DNA from: Clostridiales bacterium
Lineage (GTDB): Bacteria > Bacillota > Clostridia > Christensenellales > UBA1242
Direction of reading: 5' to 3'
Assembly: GCA_015055815.1 (NCBI GenBank)
Contig: SVHM01000003.1
Coordinates: 53,271 to 117,270, forward strand
DNA length: 64,000 nucleotides
Below the pieces are notes generated by a model, which had not been told where the DNA came from, did not search any database, and saw only the letters and a program-made list of their open reading frames with translations. This document shows positions 59,768-64,000 of this stretch, piece by piece. Every line of letters starts with the position of its first letter. Within the stretch, counting starts at the first letter, position 1. A program made the translations under genes and the position numbers.

Positions 59768-59870
59768 ATTTGATGTTGTATTAATAGAAAACGGTAGTTG
59801 ATGATGCCGATATATGCAACTTTCTGACAATATATTTTACATTGTTGGCAATTTTTAATAGATTGTAGTC

Positions 59871-59910
59871 AAAAAAATAAACCATATGAAAATTATATGG
59901 TTTATTTTTT
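59871..59910. terminator. Bidirectional intrinsic terminator closing the surface locus
   Basis: AAAAAAATAAACCATAT / ATATGGTTTATTTTTTT between convergent genes. Confidence 0.75.
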
Positions 59911-59924
59911 TATTTAAAATTTTA

Positions 59925-60305
59925 TTATTCTACTGTAATTTCCCAAAGTCCGTGCTTGTTGCAATAGCCGTAAAGTTTGCTACCTTTTACGTATGGGAAA
60001 ACTGCTTGAGCAGTCTTGCCTATTTCAAGATATTTTTTTGCAGTAATTCCGTCTGAACAAAGAGCAATATATTCAATGTAATGGTCGTCTTCCATTACGT
60101 GATTTACTGTTGCTACAATATAGTTTCCAATTACTTGATAAGTAGGAATATGTTTTTCTGCTGAAGCTTCAACTGTATTTGGTGTCATAGTCACCATTTC
60201 TTCGCCACAACATTTAATTCCACAATTTTCACAAGTGCAGTCTTGAAGTACTTCAACTGTTGCTCCGCACTTTATACATTTTTTAATTTTAAATTCGTTC
60301 TTCAT
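59925..60305 (-). CDS. dfx: Desulfoferrodoxin / superoxide reductase
   Basis: Start MKNEF at 60305 (RBS GGGGT). CIKCG...CCGEEM, EKHIP, HVMEDDHYIE and CNKHGLW. Confidence 0.93.
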   Translation of the reverse strand: MKNEFKIKKCIKCGATVEVLQDCTCENCGIKCCGEEMVTMTPNTVEASAEKHIPTYQVIGNYIVATVNHVMEDDHYIEYIALCSDGITAKKYLEIGKTAQAVFPYVKGSKLYGYCNKHGLWEITVE

Positions 60306-60386
60306 TTTCGTTACCCCCATAGTTATATTATATCATAAAGTTTTTAAATTTTGATACGATTATTTTCAGATTTTTTATTTTAAATA

Positions 60387-60842
60387 TTAATAATTAGTTT
60401 TATTTTTAATGTTGTTATAATCTCTATACAAAGTTAAGCACTCTTCTCTATCTAATTCTTTGCACATAGAAATTTTTTTGTCTGGAATTTGTTCTTCAAA
60501 TTCTTTATCCCTAAATCCAATAATTTCTGTGTCAGTGGTATTGCAACCGTAGTAAATTTTATCAATGTTTGCCCAAAGAATTGCACAGAAGCACATTGGA
60601 CAAGGATAACCAGTTGTATAAATTTCACAACCAGAAAGGTCAAATGTTTTTAGTTTCTTACAAGCTTTTCTGATTGCGTCAACTTCGCCATGACAAGTTG
60701 GGTCGTTATTTATAACTACATGATTGTGTCCTTTTGATATAACTTTCCCGTCTTTTACAATTACTGAGCCAAAAGGTCCACCATGTCCAGCAGTTATCCC
60801 TTTCCTTGCTTCATCAATTGCCATTTTCATGAATTTGTTCAT
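60387..60842 (-). CDS. guaD: Guanine deaminase-like nucleoside/nucleobase deaminase (CDA fold)
   Basis: Start MNKFMK at 60842 (RBS GGAG). GGPFGSVIV, NDPTCHGEVDAIR, PCPMC and YYG. Confidence 0.8.
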   Translation of the reverse strand: MNKFMKMAIDEARKGITAGHGGPFGSVIVKDGKVISKGHNHVVINNDPTCHGEVDAIRKACKKLKTFDLSGCEIYTTGYPCPMCFCAILWANIDKIYYGCNTTDTEIIGFRDKEFEEQIPDKKISMCKELDREECLTLYRDYNNIKNKTNY

Positions 60843-61881
60843 AAGTTTCTCCATTTGTATAAGTTCTGTATATTTCATCATAATTGATATAAATCTTATG
60901 AGTATTTACTTTAATCGGAATTTCTTTTCCAATTAAATTACGTAAATATTTTGCCCACGCAACATCTTTAACTTTTACAGGCATAGTTCTGTCTGGGTTA
61001 TTTAAACTTGCAATAATTGCAAAACTATGTGGTGACCTATCTGATAGTTGTATATCTTTTAGGATACCTTTTGTTTCTCTAAAATTATCATCAGTAGGTT
61101 GTATTTTTTTAGGTTTTGCTTTAATAATACCCAAAAAACATGCAATTGCACCAATTCCTATAAATATAGAGATTATTAGTTGTTTTGTAATAAAGTATAC
61201 CCCAACTGCTCCACCAAGCATAAAAATAGGTGCAAACATTAGTATCATTTTTGAAGCTTTTGGAGAGGTTGGTGTGTGGGTATGAAATACTGGTGGTGTA
61301 GGGCAATTATTAAGGGGAATATCTTGCATATTTGATTTAATATTATTATTAATTTCTTCGATATTTAATTCATATGCTTTGTTAATATCTTCTATAATTG
61401 CTGATGTATTACCTTTTACTGCTACATTTAATTGGCTTAAAGATTGCAAATATAGTAATTCTTTTTGGTCGTAGTACATATTAGAAACTTTTGTAATTTC
61501 GTTGCTATCAGTATCGGTGTACTTATATTCAATAGCGTAAAACTTAACATAAAACTTTCTTCCATTATCTTTTATGTAACTTTTACCTTTGCTGTATGCT
61601 CTTACAAAAGTTCCTTGTGCCATATCTCCATTTTCGGGGTTATAAAACAATAACAATTCTTTATTGTAAATTTTAACAGCTCTAAGAGTTGAGAAGAGCG
61701 ATAGTATAAAAAGTACTCCAACAAATATTAGTGGTATTAATATCATTAAGTCGGTAATGCTTCTTTTTAATATATAACTTAGCGCTAGTATTACTACTAA
61801 AAAAAGTAAAGTAACAAGCACTACTGGTAAGTTTTTGTATTTGCCCGATTTTCTTTTCTTGGGTTTTAGATTTTCTTCCAT
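60814..61881 (-). CDS. Hypothetical membrane protein with two pairs of TM helices
   Basis: RBS AAAGGAG. Hydrophobic hairpins near residues 20-65 and 210-255. 3' end overlaps the guaD start by 29 bp. Confidence 0.65.
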   Translation of the reverse strand: MEENLKPKKRKSGKYKNLPVVLVTLLFLVVILALSYILKRSITDLMILIPLIFVGVLFILSLFSTLRAVKIYNKELLLFYNPENGDMAQGTFVRAYSKGKSYIKDNGRKFYVKFYAIEYKYTDTDSNEITKVSNMYYDQKELLYLQSLSQLNVAVKGNTSAIIEDINKAYELNIEEINNNIKSNMQDIPLNNCPTPPVFHTHTPTSPKASKMILMFAPIFMLGGAVGVYFITKQLIISIFIGIGAIACFLGIIKAKPKKIQPTDDNFRETKGILKDIQLSDRSPHSFAIIASLNNPDRTMPVKVKDVAWAKYLRNLIGKEIPIKVNTHKIYINYDEIYRTYTNGETYEQIHENGN

Positions 61882-62117
61882 TATTTCTCCTTTTTCAATT
61901 ACATTTAAATTTTGTATGCTATCAATTTAAATTAATCACTTGATATTGTTAGTATAATTCACTATCAATATTCTAACATAATTATTGTAAAATCGTTATC
62001 TATTTTGAGTAATTATTAAAAAAACCTAACAAACTTTTAGCGAAATTTTTTAATGCCATTAATTTTAATTTTATATTTTTCATTTTTATGATATCATACG
62101 CATGAAGGAGAAGAGAA

Positions 62118-63980
62118 ATGGCAAAAAGAATTTCAAGGTATTTGTTGCTTTTTATAGTTGTGATATCTATTCTATTAATAGGTTTTTCGTCTGTCGAAAA
62201 AATTAGTAAGGATGTAAAAACAATCGATAAAGTAGAGATTTCTAGCGAAGATAGTGATGGAAAGTGGGCAACTTGGCAAATCAATCATTTGACAACTCAT
62301 GTAAAAGTTCAAGAAGATGGAATAATTTCTGTAAATGAAACTTTCGATTTTTTATTTAATGTAGAACAAGCGGGTGTGACAAGATTTATTCCAACTAATA
62401 TGGATGTTAAAGTAAATGGCATAGGGCGTACATTTGTTTATGATGTTTGTGATATAGAAAGTAATGTGGAATTTACTACTGCAAAAGCTTTTAATGGGGT
62501 AAATGTACAATTTAAAAATGGTGATACTTTGTCTGGTGAGCAGAATATTACATTGTCATATAAATATAACATAGGACAAGATTTTTATCTAGGGAAAGAT
62601 TTGTTTGTGTTTGATATTTTAGGTGGAGAGTGGAAAGCAAAAGTAAAAGCAGTTGACTTTACATTCGAGTTTCCTAAAAATATAAACGACAAAAATATTC
62701 AGATAAGAAGTGTTTATCAAAAAGAAAATAAAGATTGTGTCCGCTATACTATTTCAGAAAATACTATCGTTGGAAATACAACAGAAACTTTGCAAAAGGC
62801 ACAATCGTTACAATTAATATCAACTTTGCCAGATGGATATTTTGTCGGTCAGGGTAATAGTTTTTCGAGAAATTTTATTATAACATTCTCGCTTTCTATA
62901 GGACTTATTGCGATATCTGTAATAATTATTTTAATAGTTAACAGAAAAAATCATTCTGTAAAGACTGTTGAGTTTTTGTTACCAAAAGAAATAAATAACG
63001 TTGAAGCGGGGCTTATATATAAAGGTGATGTTTCTCAAAAAGAAGTAAATGCCTTACTTTTATACTTTGCAAGTCATGGGTATTTAAAGATTGAAGAAAT
63101 AAGCAAGGGGGATGCTTTTCACGATTGCAAAATCACAAAATTAAAAGATTATGATGGTAGTGATGTGGAAGAAAAAGAGTACTTTTCAGAACTATTTAAC
63201 AATGGCTCGGAAGTGTATTTAAGTAAACTAAATTCTTCAAAGTTTCCAACAACTTTATATAGATTAAAAGAAAAATACAATAGCAAAGAGATTAAGTCAA
63301 AGTACTTTAGTAATGCCATAAAACCTTTAAAAGTTATACTTTGCGTTTTGGCTATACTTTCGCTTATAGCATCAACATTTGTTACTTTTATGGCATATCC
63401 TATATTTATGGCATTCCATCTAATGACAATTACGTCATTCCTTGTTTACTTTAAAACTGATTTTAGAAAAAGAAAAAACAAAAAGAATTGGAAACTTATT
63501 ATTTTCTTAAGCATTGTTCCAATGATTGCATTTGTTTGGTCAAGCGTTTTATTTGGTATGATTTTCTTATTCCCTATACTTGTGGCTGTTGGCGGTGCAA
63601 TATATATTGCTTATTATGGAAAGAAGCTTACTCTAAGGACAAAGTTGGGAAGAGAGTTGTATGGAAAAGTTGCAGGGTTTAAGGAATATCTAGAAAAAAC
63701 AGAAAAAAATATTCTTCAAACAATTTGTGCAGAAAATCCAGAAAACTTTTATGGTATACTTCCATACGCTATATCGCTTGAAATACCAATTCCTTGGATT
63801 AATGATGTGGCATTAAAACTTTCTGCATATTCTGGAGAAGGTGGCGTTCAAAATTATTTATCAGTAAATTCGTATGATAATTTATTTGATGATATATCAC
63901 ATCTAAACGAAAATAATTCAGAACAAACAGATGTAGTTCAAACAGTAAATAATTGGTCTCAAAATTTAGAAGATTTTTAA
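62118..63980 (+). CDS. DUF2207-family membrane protein
   Basis: RBS AAGGAGAAGAG. V.V.EDG.I.V.ETF.F.F, YKY.IG.D, FVFDILG.EW, multiple TM helices and G.ELYGKVAGFKEYL...ILPYAISL. Confidence 0.85.
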   Translation: MAKRISRYLLLFIVVISILLIGFSSVEKISKDVKTIDKVEISSEDSDGKWATWQINHLTTHVKVQEDGIISVNETFDFLFNVEQAGVTRFIPTNMDVKVNGIGRTFVYDVCDIESNVEFTTAKAFNGVNVQFKNGDTLSGEQNITLSYKYNIGQDFYLGKDLFVFDILGGEWKAKVKAVDFTFEFPKNINDKNIQIRSVYQKENKDCVRYTISENTIVGNTTETLQKAQSLQLISTLPDGYFVGQGNSFSRNFIITFSLSIGLIAISVIIILIVNRKNHSVKTVEFLLPKEINNVEAGLIYKGDVSQKEVNALLLYFASHGYLKIEEISKGDAFHDCKITKLKDYDGSDVEEKEYFSELFNNGSEVYLSKLNSSKFPTTLYRLKEKYNSKEIKSKYFSNAIKPLKVILCVLAILSLIASTFVTFMAYPIFMAFHLMTITSFLVYFKTDFRKRKNKKNWKLIIFLSIVPMIAFVWSSVLFGMIFLFPILVAVGGAIYIAYYGKKLTLRTKLGRELYGKVAGFKEYLEKTEKNILQTICAENPENFYGILPYAISLEIPIPWINDVALKLSAYSGEGGVQNYLSVNSYDNLFDDISHLNENNSEQTDVVQTVNNWSQNLEDF

Positions 63981-64000
63981 TAAAAAATAAGGGGATTTGT

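Overview
A very AT-rich chromosomal window from an anaerobic, low-GC Bacillota genome, probably an uncultured Clostridia-type lineage (inference from gene content). It spans the replication-origin region and contains no obvious prophage, IS, integrase or CRISPR. Layout: (1) rsmG-parA-parB-recF, then a DnaA-box/DnaA-trio oriC-like site. No dnaA is present; a 637-aa HExxH protein sits between the oriC-like site and dnaN. (2) A heterodimeric ABC exporter, an unannotated 36-aa ORF ending in a beta-clamp-binding-like motif, tyrS, an InlB-B-repeat lipoprotein and a membrane-anchored Mrr-type nuclease. (3) A 14.5-22 kb block of four full-length enzyme homologues (CTP synthase, M20 deacylase, cardiolipin synthase, ketopantoate reductase), each with substituted catalytic or metal-binding residues. 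It is interrupted by a repeat-rich SLOG/triple-XRE islet. (4) yqeY, tRNA-Glu(CTC) with a multi-hairpin element bounded by a duplicated tRNA 3' end, a fused ABC-FtsX transporter, a Bsr-like deaminase islet and a Bacteroides-type serine palmitoyltransferase homologue. (5) gyrB-gyrA, a HopA1-like protein, an LRR/Ig surface protein, T-box-serS and rubrerythrin. (6) The strongest candidate for a new system: a ~17 kb surface locus encoding a ~3,600-aa FN3-repeat/GLUG lipoprotein, a SipW-class signal peptidase, four paralogous TasA/BsaA-like subunits (one apparently an uncleaved membrane anchor) and a transglutaminase-like lipoprotein. (7) Desulfoferrodoxin, guanine deaminase, a membrane protein and a DUF2207 protein. 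All family calls come from motif recognition by eye; no database searches were run.
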